Positions 34,544 through 47,600 are shown, counted from the first letter of the stretch. The stretch: 64,000 nucleotides of DNA from Blepharisma stoltei ATCC 30299 (GCA_965603825.1 CBFDEM010000041.1:248001-312000); one strand, 5' to 3'. The notes: a model not told the origin generated them from the letters alone. Made by a program: numbers and translations.

Positions 34544-35090
34544 GATATAATTATTCAACAAATAAATGGTGGCTAGAAAGAATAGGTCAATAAAATTATT
34601 TAGTCAATTTCAATATAAAATTATAGAAATAAGCGTTAAAAAATGTGATGCAGCAAATTTAAACGGACAAAAATCGAAACAAAAAATAATTCGCCGATTT
34701 ATTTATAAAAATGGAGATTCTATTTAAATATTTGAATAAATATATAATTTTTGTATGAATGGTAAGTTATGAAAGCACATTGATCTTGCAATAATCAATT
34801 GATATATCTCAAAACGCTTTCTATATCGCAAGCAAATGAATTATTCAAAACATTAAAAATAAGTATAAGTTTTTTGGCTTTGTGATTATCATTAGAAATT
34901 TCTAACAGATTTTACCCAAAGAATTTATATTAAATTATCCCAAGTTCCTCGCAGCGACAAGATATTGAATAAAAAGTAGATTCCCCTTAAAAAATGATTC
35001 TTAATCCCAAAACTTTAAATTCATAAATTTTGAATATCCAAGAATCTTATTTTAGTTGTTTGTAAATGCTTAATTCGTTTAATAAATAAA

Positions 35091-35780
35091 ATGGATCGAA
35101 TTCCTATGAAATTATCTTCAAGAACTCTAAAAGGAGAAAAATCTAATTTATCTCAAACAGGAACTTCTATGAAATTAAGCTACAATTCTTCAAATTATGG
35201 AAGACATGCAAGTGACTATCAGGACAAAGAGTTCAAAATTCCCAGAGAACGCTTCAATCCTATTGAAATTAAACGACTAAGGACTGATTATCGAAAATTC
35301 TGCAATAAAATGGAAATTATGACCAGACGAGCTTTTCTTGAGTTTTTTAAAATAGAGGAGCTAGAAGGAACCTTAATTGGTGACAGACTTTACACAGCTT
35401 TTGCCCTTCAAGGCTCGATAGACTTTGAAAAATTTTTAAATGCAGTTGGAGTCTTATGCAAAGGGTCACTAGATGAAAGGCTTCAGCTTGTTTTCAAGAT
35501 TTTTGATGTAAAAAATGCCAATGTGATTGATAGAAGTGACCTAAAGAGAATTTTGCTGTCAATATTAAATTCTATGCTGGAGGTCGAAATGGATTCTGCT
35601 GAGGTTCAGAATTTGCAAATGGAGGTTCATGGAATTTCACCACAGGAAAGAGAAGAAGCAATTGATGGGATTTTAAATGACATTATTACGCCGAATTCTG
35701 GGGATATTTTAACACCTGAAGAATTTTGTAATTTTATAGGAAATGAGCCACTGCTGAGAAAAATACTTGAAGGTGCTTAA
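35091..35780 (+). CDS. EF-hand calcium sensor, calcineurin-B/NCS-like
   Basis: IDFEKFLNAVGVLCKGSLDERLQLVFKIFDVKNANVIDRSDL...LTPEEFCNFI. Confidence 0.78.
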   Translation: MDRIPMKLSSRTLKGEKSNLSQTGTSMKLSYNSSNYGRHASDYQDKEFKIPRERFNPIEIKRLRTDYRKFCNKMEIMTRRAFLEFFKIEELEGTLIGDRLYTAFALQGSIDFEKFLNAVGVLCKGSLDERLQLVFKIFDVKNANVIDRSDLKRILLSILNSMLEVEMDSAEVQNLQMEVHGISPQEREEAIDGILNDIITPNSGDILTPEEFCNFIGNEPLLRKILEGA

Positions 35781-36018
35781 TATGTAACTAAACATTAGGT
35801 TTTATACATCATTTAAATTCTTGGATAAATTCGGCAAAAATTTATTTTCATAAATGACGTAGAAATCATCATATATCAACATTTTTTATAATTTCCTTAA
35901 TAATACTGATTTAATTAGGCAAGAATCCAGCACGATCCACTTAATAATACGACTATATAAGATACCTATTCTTAGATATGCTGATCAAATATTACTTTAT
36001 AAGTAATTATAATAAAAC

Positions 36019-36486
36019 TTATATATTTTCTATGTCTAAATCGCTTTTTCGTTCTTCATCACTCGAGTCACTGTCCTCTTCTTCAACATTTGTCATCCTT
36101 GCAAATTGAATGTGGTCGTTTGGATCTTCTTCTTGATTTTCCGCTACCTTAAGATTTTCAGGAAGCTCACCAAGAGACTTTAAATTTCGGACCTCATCAG
36201 GTGTGTATTTAAGAATGATGTCAGCTTTGGAGTCTTGGTAATCTCGTAAGCCCACCAGTACAATGTCGTCCATGCCTATCCAAACTCGCCTTTTCATTTG
36301 GCCTCTAATGTGGCAGAGACGCTTTACACCGTCAAAACAATATGCTTCTAAACGACCATTTCCAAGCATTCTGAGCACTTGTGCGTATTCTTGACCATCT
36401 TCTTTGAAAGTCAGCTCTCGCTTGAATTCTGTAGCTTCGTTTTTCCCACGACGCTTGTTCTTGCCACCTTTCCCTTTTTTAGGCAT
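36019..36486 (-). CDS. EIF1A: Eukaryotic translation initiation factor 1A
   Basis: [40 protein letters not shown], acidic tail. Confidence 0.98.
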   Translation of the reverse strand: MPKKGKGGKNKRRGKNEATEFKRELTFKEDGQEYAQVLRMLGNGRLEAYCFDGVKRLCHIRGQMKRRVWIGMDDIVLVGLRDYQDSKADIILKYTPDEVRNLKSLGELPENLKVAENQEEDPNDHIQFARMTNVEEEDSDSSDEERKSDLDIENI

Positions 36487-36673
36487 TTTTATTATAAGTT
36501 AAATGAGAAAAGTATAGGATTATTGAACGAAAATTGATAATAATTATGTAAACACACTATAAAATGCTTTTTTCTCCTTTTTTATTAAAAGAAGTTTTAT
36601 ATTGATTTCTTTTTCATAATTTAGCACATTTTTAGCTTAGTTATTACTCATAAGGCTCAAATCATATATCAAG

Positions 36674-37291
36674 CTAATCAATATTATCTGAATTAATTAT
36701 TTGAGATGATAAAGATAGCCTCCATATTCTGAAATCTATTTCCTTTTTAAGCTTTCTTATCTCTATCCCAGCTTCTTTAAGTTCTGCCTTAAACTCTCTA
36801 TGAATTGGAATACTTCTAATTTTATTACAAAGTATTGCATAATTCGTATCTGTTAATTGCAATCTTAAAGTTTGAACATAAGGCTTTATCAATTCTCTAA
36901 TCCAGACTACATCTGCTGATATAATAATATCTGCATCGATTCTGAAAGGACTAAACCAATCTAATTCTACACAGTCTATGGTCACAGAGTTTCTCTCAAT
37001 GTTTCTTCTTGCCCCAATTAGTACTTCTCCTAAATCTGTTGCTATAACTCTAGAAGCTCCTAAAATTTTGCAAGCTATGCTGGTTATCCCTATCCCTGCA
37101 CCTAGCTCAAGAGTTATTTTATTTTCTATAAGGCTATTATTTTCTTCCAAAAATTTTGCAAGAATTATGCTCGAGTCCCAAAAGCTACCTCCTGTACCAG
37201 AAATAGCTTCATTTAGATCAATTATCATATGGGCTCCTTTGATATCAACTCCTTGTCTAATATCAAAGAGTGGTCCTGGTAATGCCAGCAT
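36674..37291 (-). CDS. METTL21/Methyltransf_16-family protein lysine methyltransferase
   Basis: TGGSFWDSSIILAKFL, LELGAGIG, VIATDL, ELDW, ISADVVW. Confidence 0.88.
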   Translation of the reverse strand: MLALPGPLFDIRQGVDIKGAHMIIDLNEAISGTGGSFWDSSIILAKFLEENNSLIENKITLELGAGIGITSIACKILGASRVIATDLGEVLIGARRNIERNSVTIDCVELDWFSPFRIDADIIISADVVWIRELIKPYVQTLRLQLTDTNYAILCNKIRSIPIHREFKAELKEAGIEIRKLKKEIDFRIWRLSLSSQIINSDNID

Positions 37292-37656
37292 TATTTTTAT
37301 TTATTTTTTACAAATTTTTTATAATATACAAAAGCCACAAAATTTGATAGCACGATGGAATTTAATCATTTTAATGTATTAAACGCATATAAATTAAAAA
37401 TATAATTCTTTAAATTTGAAAACTGATAAAAACGCATTATTACGCAATTTTGGTTATATAACAAAATTAAAAAATTTAGACACAAAATCGCCCAATCGTT
37501 CATATTTTTCATATTTATGGATTCTACTTTCCGTTTCTTAATAGAATTTTATAGGTTTATGTCATCGAAAATTCATCAAATATTTGTGCGATTTCTTTAA
37601 TAAGTCAGCAAATTTTTACCATAAATATAAATTCTGAAAAGAAAAGACCTCGAAAC

Positions 37657-38346
37657 ATGGCAAACTTCTTCAGCTTTGATAGCCTACAATTTCCAGTAGG
37701 TTTTGTTCCAGAAGAATGATTCTTGCAGACTGCAGCGAACAGAATGAATACAATAAACGCTATGCTACAAACATCCGAGGACATGAAAAAAAATGCTGAC
37801 GAGCTTGCATTATTGCTTAGAGGGTTAAGAGAGAGATTATCCCCTAGCTTAGATAATCGACTCCAGAAAGTACCCAGAAAACGAGACTTAATAAATATGA
37901 TAATTTGTGGTAACAAAAATTATCAATTTAAACTTAAGCTTGATTCATCTTTCCCCAAGTGTGTCAGTAAATCAATGTTTTTTGATTTTCATGTTACAGT
38001 GAAAGCCTATAATGGAGAGTCACTTGCAGAAAACTCTGAAATTTTGCTCAAAGTAGAAATCTGGTCAGCAGAATGCCCACCCAAGCGACTTTTCAACAAC
38101 AAGTCAGGGAGAGATTTAATCATAAATGATACCTGCAACTTGAAGTTCTACAGCAGAAGAAAAAAACATTTAGCATTTTTTAAAGTAAAAATCACAGAAG
38201 TCACCTCGCATTTTATGAATGGATGAGTATTTTTATTGATTACTGCGGATAGCAGAGATCTTAGTCAACTTTTTCAACCCTTGGTTATAAAGCATGTCTA
38301 TGTACAGTCGAAGAGAGAGCTAAAGTGCTACGATGACAGCGATTAG
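37657..38346 (+). CDS. Hypothetical protein with beta-rich C-terminal domain (229 aa)
   Basis: ATG 37657, two TGA(W), TAG at 38346. C-terminal FFKVKITEVTSHFMNGWVFLLI...QPLVIKHVYVQSKR. Confidence 0.78.
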
Positions 38347-38731
38347 ACACTGCATCAAAGAAATATTGAAATATTATTAAGCACTAATAATCACAGTTAA
38401 TAGTTTGTTTGTAGTTTAAAGGGGCAAAACTTTAATCTAATAAATTATTAAATTGAATTAATAGTTTCCATTATAATTGGCACAGAAAACAAGAAAATCT
38501 TCTGAACTAAGAAGGCTTGAAAATAGCTGAAACAAGAATTAGAGTTGTCATAATATAAGCTTCTATAGCGCATTATTTGATTTCTAACTGAAGTCTAGAA
38601 ACAAATATAAGGCATCATAGCATTCTAATGCAAATAATACAAAGAAATTAAGCCATTATAGAATTACAGATTTTTTACTATTCTATAAAATTATTAATAT
38701 TTTAACATTTTTATTACCTTCCAAAATGATT

Positions 38732-39928
38732 CTAAATTATCCTTTCTAAATATTCTTCAATACCTTCCAATGCTTTCATATAACCTCTTATTTCTTCTTC
38801 TGAAATTTTCGCCTTTTGCATGAGCTTATGCATTAGTTTGCTTAAGGCAGAAATATGAGTGAATGCTTCATCGTGAAAACTCTCCATTAATTTTGAACCT
38901 ACCATTGATCTTGCTTCTTCACTTCTGCAATCAAATTTTGGACTTATAGAAGTTCTGCTGCATATTGATCTTTGTGTTTGAGTCACTTTTTCACTTAAAC
39001 CCACTTTAAATCTAAGCTCAGCTAGTTCAGAAGACAAACAAAAATTTTCATTTTCCAAATCTTTTATTCTTTGCTTATTATTCTCAATTTCTTTTGTATT
39101 TTCGAAGGTGTGGGATGTATGGATTTGGGTTTTGGACTTTAAATTCTCGATTTCTGAGTTTAGCTCAGAAATTTTTTGTTCTTTTACGGAATTATTTTTT
39201 ACTTTAATTTCTATAAGGTCCCTACACTCTTGAAGCTCAAGCTGTAATTGCCTGATTTTTGATATTTCTTCAGCTGAGTCTTTGAGTTGTTTTTTTAAAT
39301 TTCTTATTTTAGCTCTGCACTTTTTGTTTTTTTGTATTTCTTTTTCATAGTCTTCTTTATAATTTTTTTCATAATTCTGAGTATTTCTCGAGTCAAAAGT
39401 TGAGCTAATTCCTTTTAATTCTTGAGACAGATTTCTAACTTTTACCTCAAAACTTGATGAAGGTCGTTCTGTCGCTGGCCTTTCTCCTTCTATAGTATAA
39501 AACGTGCTTAACTCTAAAATTTCGCTTTTATTTTTTTTTAATGCTAAATCCTTGCAAAGTAATGCATTTCTTTCTTCAAGTTTTTGAATTGATTTTTCTT
39601 TGATGCTCATCCTCATTTCCAAAGTTTTGCATTTCTCAGTCAAATAGAAAACTTCATTTTGATAGCATGAAATTTGCTGTTGTGCTGCTTCATTAATCTT
39701 TTTTTCTTTCGATAATTCAACTTTTAAAGAGTTTATCAAATTTTGGTCCTTCGAATTATTACGATTTTTGTTCATTTTATCTATTAGTCTAAGGGAATAA
39801 TTCCATTTGATTATAAATGCTTCATTAATCCCATAATCATAGATTTTAATACATTTACTGAGGAATGATGCGAAAACAGTTAAAATAACAAGGAAAAATA
39901 CTATAACTAAAAGCTGGGTAATGAACAT
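38732..39928 (-). CDS. Long coiled-coil protein (start uncertain; possible N-terminal TM segment)
   Basis: 398-aa ORF with heptad E/K/L composition; alternative start at MNKNRNN. Confidence 0.72.
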   Translation of the reverse strand: MFITQLLVIVFFLVILTVFASFLSKCIKIYDYGINEAFIIKWNYSLRLIDKMNKNRNNSKDQNLINSLKVELSKEKKINEAAQQQISCYQNEVFYLTEKCKTLEMRMSIKEKSIQKLEERNALLCKDLALKKNKSEILELSTFYTIEGERPATERPSSSFEVKVRNLSQELKGISSTFDSRNTQNYEKNYKEDYEKEIQKNKKCRAKIRNLKKQLKDSAEEISKIRQLQLELQECRDLIEIKVKNNSVKEQKISELNSEIENLKSKTQIHTSHTFENTKEIENNKQRIKDLENENFCLSSELAELRFKVGLSEKVTQTQRSICSRTSISPKFDCRSEEARSMVGSKLMESFHDEAFTHISALSKLMHKLMQKAKISEEEIRGYMKALEGIEEYLERII

Positions 39929-40058
39929 AATAATATAAAATTTTGCAAATATTATTTATAATATGCATTGGCTAGCTTATTGCTGATACCTTTAAAAGGC
40001 TAACTTAGGCAAAGATTATTAGTTAACTTTTCCTCTTGAAACTTTTAATATATTTTAT

Positions 40059-41009
40059 TTAATTTACACGGTTTCCATCTACCCATTCTGCAACTTTTTC
40101 ATTTCCAGATGCATCTCTATAAAGCCCTTCTCCATGCTGTTTTCCATTTTTCCAATAGCCCTTATACATTTTACCATTTGGCCATCTAAATTCTCCATAT
40201 CCTTCTTTTTTATCGAACAAATATTCTCCATTATAAGTTCTACCGTCAGGTCATCTAAAAATTCCTCTTCCATGCATTCTATTGTCTTTTCAAGCTCCTT
40301 TGAATTTTCTTCCATCTTTTCACCTATAAGCTCCATATCCTTCTATTCGATTTTCATTGAACTCTCCATTATAGCTTGACCCATCAGCCCAATGGAATTG
40401 ACCAACTCCAGTTTTCTTACCATCTTTATAATCTCCTACATAATAAGCTCCATCAGGCCATCTTTCTAATCCTTTTCCTTCTTGTTTATCATCAATTCAA
40501 TCTCCTTCATAACTGATTCCGCCATAATGAACATATTTTCCTTTTCCATGTGCTTTGTCATTTTTTCACATCCCTTCATAAACATTTCCTTCTGAATCCA
40601 CTAGCCTACCATGTCCATCAGCTTTATCTTTTTTTCAATATCCCGTATATGTAGATCCATCTTGCCATATATACACACCTCTACCATGCTTTTCGCCTAA
40701 ATGATTTTTTTGCCCAATATAGACAGTGCGATCAGGATATTTTTCTGCAGGATTCATATAGTCAGGATAGCCGTCATTTTTATCAAACTCATAAGGAAGT
40801 AAAGTGATGAGTATTTCTTGCATTTTTGGGGATTGAGAAACAGAATACGGATTTGATTTAAGAGATTTTGTAACTTGATAAGGCTCCTGGCTTGAACTTT
40901 GTTGGCGTTTGGTTTTGTAAAATGATTCTTCAATGTTTATGACTTCTAGGTCATTATCAACGTTGAAATCAATGCTTTGACCGACACATGAACAAGCTCT
41001 GCAACCCAT
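40059..41009 (-). CDS. MORN-repeat protein with predicted N-terminal acylation site (316 aa)
   Basis: Starts MGCRACSC; about nine Y/FxGx(W/F/Y)xxx(K/R)xxGxG repeats, several using TGA at the repeat Trp; TAA at 40059. Confidence 0.9.
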
Positions 41010-41029
41010 TTTATAAAACTTAATTCAAA

Positions 41030-41863
41030 CTATAGCAATTTAATCAGTTCTTTTTTAGAAGATCTTAGATAAAGCCCTTGGTTCCCTCTTCCATATACAA
41101 AAGCGATTTTATCTGACTTGAAATCCTTCACAAACTCATGAATATATTCTTTGTTTAAATTCTCTCTTGGTTTCTCCACACATTTATTCAGCCTTTTAAA
41201 AGCTGATTTAATAAATTTATCTTCTTCTATTATCCTGCCTGTCTCTTTTCTATTCGAATTTACGAGCTCTTGGCATTCATTAATTATTGTATCAAGGCAT
41301 ACTTGGGAGCAATTTCTTGTTGTTTTGGGTTTTCTTGGTGAATTTGCAGTGGTTTGATATAAATCGCAAGAGGTAGGCCTAAAAGTACAAGTAGAGCCAG
41401 TTACAAAAGTGCTTATTGGCAATTCAAATTTTTTATTTTCTGATACTGGTGTTTTATTTAGCTTCTTTATTTCTGAAAGCTGTAAATGCAGCTTTATACT
41501 TTTTCGCTTTGTAAGAGGCTTTGGGAGCGGAGGAGAACTTCCAAAGCTGAAAGAGGGCCTGTGTCGGACTGATGAAAACTTGTGTTTTTCATTGACAATA
41601 AATTTACTTGGATCGGTTGTTGATGCTTGCGAATAAGCTGGAGGCATTTTTTCAAGCCGGCTTAGGGAATGCTTTAGTTTTTTTGATATTGAAATTGCAT
41701 CAGCTGTAGACAAAAGGCCTGTATCAACTTTCTTTTTCTTTTGTACATGATCAGTCAAGCTTTTTGCTGCGTCTTCAAAGCTTTTTTTTGAGTTCAAATC
41801 AACTCCGAAAGCCTCATTTGAAGTATTTTTGGATATTTTAGGTTGCATTATGAGATGTTCCAT
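41030..41863 (-). CDS. Hypothetical basic protein (277 aa)
   Basis: ATG..TAG ORF, K/S-rich; no recognised domain. Confidence 0.68.
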   Translation of the reverse strand: MEHLIMQPKISKNTSNEAFGVDLNSKKSFEDAAKSLTDHVQKKKKVDTGLLSTADAISISKKLKHSLSRLEKMPPAYSQASTTDPSKFIVNEKHKFSSVRHRPSFSFGSSPPLPKPLTKRKSIKLHLQLSEIKKLNKTPVSENKKFELPISTFVTGSTCTFRPTSCDLYQTTANSPRKPKTTRNCSQVCLDTIINECQELVNSNRKETGRIIEEDKFIKSAFKRLNKCVEKPRENLNKEYIHEFVKDFKSDKIAFVYGRGNQGLYLRSSKKELIKLL

Positions 41864-42416
41864 TAGTTTAATTATATAACTAATTCATATGATTAAAATC
41901 TGTTTTAATAATTTAATTTTCTAATCAATACTCCTTATAACTTTTTTATAATTAATTAATTAATTAGACTTCTGATCCATTTACTCATGGTTAATCTGAA
42001 AATTTATAAAGTAAGAATCGTAGGGTATTTTCTTATAATAACAAAACCAGGAATTATTTTAAGAAAATAATAAGCACTATGCTAGGATTAAATTATACTT
42101 TCTGACTGGATTAATTAAAATGCATCATGGAGCAGCTCAGAAAAAAATGAAAAAAATAAAATATGAATTGCTAACTCAACTAAAATTCTAGAAATTCCAA
42201 TTTGAACATTTATTAAAATAAAATCTAAGGCAAACTTTCTTAATCAATAAGATTTTTAAAAATTCAAGAGTTTCAATGGATACATTCAAAGATTCAATAT
42301 TTAATAAATATATTGATATATTTTATAACTATTTAATTCTTTTCCTATTAACCCACATTTATTATTCTAAATGAACCATTTTCCTCTTGATACTCCTTTT
42401 TTTACAAATTCAAAAG

Positions 42417-43076
42417 ATGCAAAAAGTGGAAGACTCAAATAGCATACTTATTGAGCCAGCCTTATCTTCCTCAGAACATCAAAATAGGAAGATTTGCAAT
42501 TGCCGTAATTCTCATTGCTTGAAATTATACTGTGAATGCTTTTCATCAGGAGATTATTGTAAAGACTGCAATTGTTCTGATTGCTATAATAATAAAAATT
42601 ATGAGCTTTTTCGAACTAAGGCGATACAGACCACTCTTGAGCGCAACCCAATCGCATTTAGGCCGAAAATCAGTCTCGAGGCAGATAAAGAAGGCCAACA
42701 TATAAGAGGCTGTGCATGCAAGAGATCGAGCTGCCTCAAGAAGTATTGTGAGTGCTTCCAAGCAGGGATTTTATGTTCTGACAACTGTAAGTGTAAGGAC
42801 TGCAGAAACTACGAAAAAGATATCACTAATGATCATAGTCCTCATTGTAGTCCAGATACTAATGATGGAGATGAAAGCACAGGTATGGCACATATTGCTG
42901 GAAAGGGAAAAATATTTTTAGTGGAGTGACTATCTGGGACTGCAAAAAATTTTAATAGAGAAAATTATGATTATGTGATGGAAAAAGAGGAAATTCAAAG
43001 CAATGAAATAGTGCATATGGGATATGAGGAAAGCGAAAGATTTCTATATGAAAAACTGATTAACTTTCTAAAGTAA
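42417..43076 (+). CDS. Tesmin/TSO1/LIN54-like tandem CXC-domain protein (219 aa)
   Basis: [16 protein letters not shown]...[10 protein letters not shown]...[23 protein letters not shown]; extended through TGA(W) 42927 to TAA 43076. Confidence 0.92.
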
Positions 43077-43244
43077 ACCTAAATTAAATGCATATAATTA
43101 GCCGTAAGAAATAAATAATATAGAAAAGATCTAAAGGGCTATAAGATATAATGAAAATTTCTGAGAATCAATTAGAAAGGTTTTTTTTTATATAGCAATT
43201 TTATTTCTAAAAAGGTATTTTCATTATAATTTAACACATTAAGA

Positions 43245-43760
43245 ATGATTTCTGAGCATTCAGGAATTTACAATTTTTCATATGGAGACATAGACAAAAT
43301 TTGAAGTTATAGAGGAAATAAGGTATCATTTAAGTCTCCACAGATCTCTCCTATTCGAAATCTATATATTCCAGAAGTTGATAAAGGGAATTCAAAATGA
43401 GGGAAAGAAAAAATTCCAAAAGAAAGAAAAACCAGCGGACTTACTGATATAAAACTAAAATCCAGCTGCTCTTTACCATCATTGAAGCAGAATAAGAAGA
43501 TAAAAGTTGAGACTTCAAGATGCGATCACATTGTGCATGGATTCAAGCCTCTGGAAAGAACTTTTCACAACCCAATCTTATCATACTCTCAAAAAGATAG
43601 CATACCAACATCTCCGAAAGGAAACATAAAAAATGAAAAATCAACAATGAAAGCTTCAATTCTCACTCCGAAAATACTTCCAAAGCTAAAAAGCCCAAAT
43701 CGGAAGAAACAAGCTTTGATAGAGAAAATCAAAGTAAAAGGCATATTTAGCGCCTTATAA
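43245..43760 (+). CDS. Hypothetical basic protein (171 aa)
   Basis: ATG 43245 is in frame with ORF 43482..43760 through two TGA(W). Confidence 0.6.
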
Positions 43761-43848
43761 ATACACCTGAAATATGGAATATCAAAAGCTATTGATTCAC
43801 ATAATAATTCTTAAATTAACATGAAATTTCATTATTTTAATAATAAAA

Positions 43849-44361
43849 ATGTTAGCTAGAATTAGCAAGCGTCTTCTCCACATCAATCAGTCTATCCCAC
43901 ATCTTAAACTTGTAGTCTGCTCAGGGAATGAAGGAAAATACAATATCGAAAGAGACATAGACTCTGAAACTTATTTCGCTAACAAGAAAGTTGTTCTTAT
44001 AGGTTTTCCTGGCGCTTATACACCTACATGCACTGGAACTCATATTCCTCAGTTCGTAAAGCTTCAGGAAAATTTTGACCAAAAAGGTGTTGAATTAATT
44101 GGCTTAGCTGTAAATGACCCATTTGTCTTAAAGGAATTCGGACAAGACATGGGAGGAAAGATAGCTTATATTGCTGATGGTTCAGGCTATTTCACCAGAG
44201 CACTAGATGCAGGACTTGATTTAACTGAAAAAGGGTTGGGATACAGAACAAGAAGGTTTACTGCACTTGTGGAAAATGGAGTGATAACCCAGGTAAATGA
44301 TGAAAATGGTGGACAATTAACTGCGATTTCTTCAGCAGAGACCATATTAAAATCAATTTAA
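43849..44361 (+). CDS. PRDX5: Peroxiredoxin-5 / type II peroxiredoxin with probable mitochondrial presequence
   Basis: KKVVLIGFPGAYTPTCTGTHIP, AVNDPFV, ADGSGYF, GLGYRTRRF; N-terminal MLARISKRLLH. Confidence 0.92.
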   Translation: MLARISKRLLHINQSIPHLKLVVCSGNEGKYNIERDIDSETYFANKKVVLIGFPGAYTPTCTGTHIPQFVKLQENFDQKGVELIGLAVNDPFVLKEFGQDMGGKIAYIADGSGYFTRALDAGLDLTEKGLGYRTRRFTALVENGVITQVNDENGGQLTAISSAETILKSI

Positions 44362-44604
44362 TCAATACTTTCTATTAATATCGCCATTGCAATTTTGACA
44401 TTAATTTTTTAGTAACCTGAAAAGCTTATTAGCTCATTTAGCTTAATTAACTTTTAAAGTGTCTTAAGACAACATATTAATTCAGCAGAGCGAACCCTGT
44501 ATAATTGTTATGAATTTCAACGATTGCCATAAGTTTGATTTTTCATTCTTAAACTTAAAACTAAAACTTAGCATCTTTTATTAATTATAATTTTAAGATA
44601 ATTG

Positions 44605-47600
44605 TTAATCTCCTGTGATAACCACTGCTGATGATCCAATAGGTATGTTATCTTGATAATGATAATAAGCCGACGAAGGTATGGCTACATCTGCTATAGT
44701 TGTAGAACTCCAATGAATTTGCATCTTAGCAGATCCGCTTGAACAATAATACTCCAGCTTAAAAGCATAGTAAAAATCTTTAGTAAAAGTATATTGAAAA
44801 GTTGAACTCGAGGACGTATCCACTTCTTTCTGATTGCTAATATATACGCTGCTCCAGTCTTGTGCAGTTAAAGTAAATGTATATTGTTCAGAAGTACTAG
44901 GGAGGAGAAATCCACTCCAAATAACTCCTAAATTACTAGTAGAAATACCTTGCACTGTCGTTTGTGATGTCCAGTCAAAATTTATTGAAGAGTCCACAAT
45001 GCTCTCTAGAGGTCTACCAGAGAAATCGATAGTATCGTAATATTCGCCATACACTCCTGAAGTCAAAATAAATGCATAAAATGACAAATCCCCAGAAAAA
45101 TCGCACCAAGTAGAATCAGAAGGCGGAGTCGATGAATAACAAGCTCCACTCTTATCAACTGCATCTTGACTAAAATTCTTAGATGCTGTAAAATGTCCAT
45201 CAATCAAGCTTGTAGTTGTCACGTCAAAAAATAAAGGGTTAAAATTTGGGTTATCTTCCTTTGTCATATAAACATATCAGATTTGTGTCTGATTAACAGC
45301 ATTTCCGTATATATCGTTTAAATAAATGTCCACACTTAGGACTTTATTAAGAGTTGCAGTACTTGGTGCAGAAATTGTAGAATCCTTTATGCTTAAGTCA
45401 GTATGGGTAACTGTTGTAGAGCTTGTGGAAGCTGAAACACCATTCATAGAGGTCGAAATTGTATAGGTGTCAGCTATATAAATCATATAGGTCACAGAAT
45501 ATGTGCCATCAGAATTGTCAGTAGCATGAATCTGTGAGGATGGGACTGTGTTTTGAGAGCTTGAAATAGTGACAGTGACAGTATCTAAGCCTGAAGTAAT
45601 ATGGTTTCCAGCTGAATCATAAGCAGTTACTAAAAAGCTTCCTTCCTGTCCAGCTATTGTATTGCTGATTCCAGTTACTTTCGTTTTAGCAGGATCTGTA
45701 TTGCCTGGGATGACAGTCACAGAAGTTGAATAAATAAAATAATTGACGCTGCTTACTTGCAAATACACATACAAGGTATAAGAACCTGCTGGAGAGGCTG
45801 TAAATGTACCTTTGTAGAGCCCTGCAGAATCAGCAGAAAATGTGCAAGATATTGGTGAAGACCCTGTAGTTACAATTCCATAGAATGCGTCAGTCGCGGT
45901 TGTTTGTAAGTTTCTATACCTGTCTCTGGCTTCAATTCTAAAGTTTTTAGCGACTTGAGATTTGGCATTGGAAATTCCACTAGAGTCTCCAGGGTATGAA
46001 AGGACTTTGCAGCTTGATGCACGAGTTGAGGCGGGGTTTATGGTAAGCGAATAAGGATTTGATGCAGAATTTAAATCAGAAAATAAATAATTTGAAGGAA
46101 CTACTTGTCGGGTTATGCTTGTGGACTCCCATTCAAGTTTTATATAGACTTCTGAGCCAGAGCCTGCTATATAATCAAGTTCTATATCATAAAACGTCCC
46201 ATATACTAAACTAATTGAGCCACTCTGGACATTAGTAACTGTGGAACCAATACTATTCAGCAACGTTTGGCTATTTATAACAAGCTTAGCTTGATAATCA
46301 CAAGTGACATAAAATGTAAACGTTTCTGTCGCAGCTGTATAAATTCTCCCTATCCATTTAACAGAAAATAAATTAATGATAGCCGTCGAAAAATAGCTTG
46401 GGCCTGAATTTTTCCAATCAAAATTTATTTGCGAGTCTACTGCTGTATAATTTTGCGGGCTAGCTCCATTAAAGTTATAGTAAGGATTATTTGATTGCAA
46501 GCTAGTAAATGCTTGGTCTTTATAGTAAAACCCTATAAGTCCACCTTGTTGCACAAGTGTAAGTAATATTGAGTAATCTCCAGATACAGTCAAAAATGAT
46601 AAGTCTACTTTTAGCTTTGTGAAGTTTTCATAGGCAGCTTTAATTTGAGTATTGGGCGATCCTTGTATATTTGCATAAAAATATTGAGCACCCAAAGAGC
46701 TTGGAATGCTTGTAATAGAATTCGAATATTTATCCTTTGGGGCTATATATAAATAAGCTGTGCCAGCTTCTTGTGAAGAATAGCTAGAGAATGTTGATTG
46801 TAATGCAGAAATTAAGGAAATAGACACAGTAACTGTAGATCCAGATGAGCTTAGACTAGACGAGCTTAATTCAACAGTAACTGTGTATGTATCCGCCACC
46901 GTTGGAACAAACGTAAAAGTATATGTCCCATCATTATTATTTGCAATAGAGCTTGACACACTTGCCCCTGTATTTCCTAGAATGCTTATAGTAAAGGTAT
47001 CAGATGAAGAAGTTCTTATATTTGAATATTGGTCTCGGGCATAAATAGTCCCAGTAATAGTAGTTCCGGCTGTTACACTAGTGGATGATAAAGTAAATGA
47101 AGAGGTAGTTGAGCTTGTTGAAGAGGCAGGGCTGATAGTAATTGAACTAAGATTTGGGACATATAAGCTATTTATCAAAAGTGAAAGAGTATAAGTCCCT
47201 GAGGTATTTATAGTAAAAGTTGCATCAAAGGTGCCACTTCCAGTGTTAACTAAAGACCCTGAAGCAGTAGAAGGTCCTACAGCTGTTAAGGTATACGAAG
47301 AAATGCTAGTGATAACAAGATTATTATAATACAAATCTCTTGTCTGCAGGCTAAATGCAAATTGAGTCCCAGCTGTTCCTTGAGTTGTTGAAAAAACTCC
47401 TACACAATAAGGTGCATATATCGAAGAAGGAATGATGGATAAGGATAGAGGATATCCTGATAATATAGCTTGATTTATATAGACATATCCTTGATAGTTC
47501 CCAGCTCGATAAATCACAAAAGTAATGCTTGTTCCTGAAAATGTGCCAGAATAGTTGGTCCCGTATACTGTAGTCCAGTTGCTAGGTTGGGAAACTCCTA

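Noticed and set aside
43849-44361. Selenocysteine use of TGA in redox genes
   Set aside because: The peroxiredoxin catalytic residue is TGC (Cys), none of the TGAs I could align falls on a catalytic Cys column, and no SECIS was identified.
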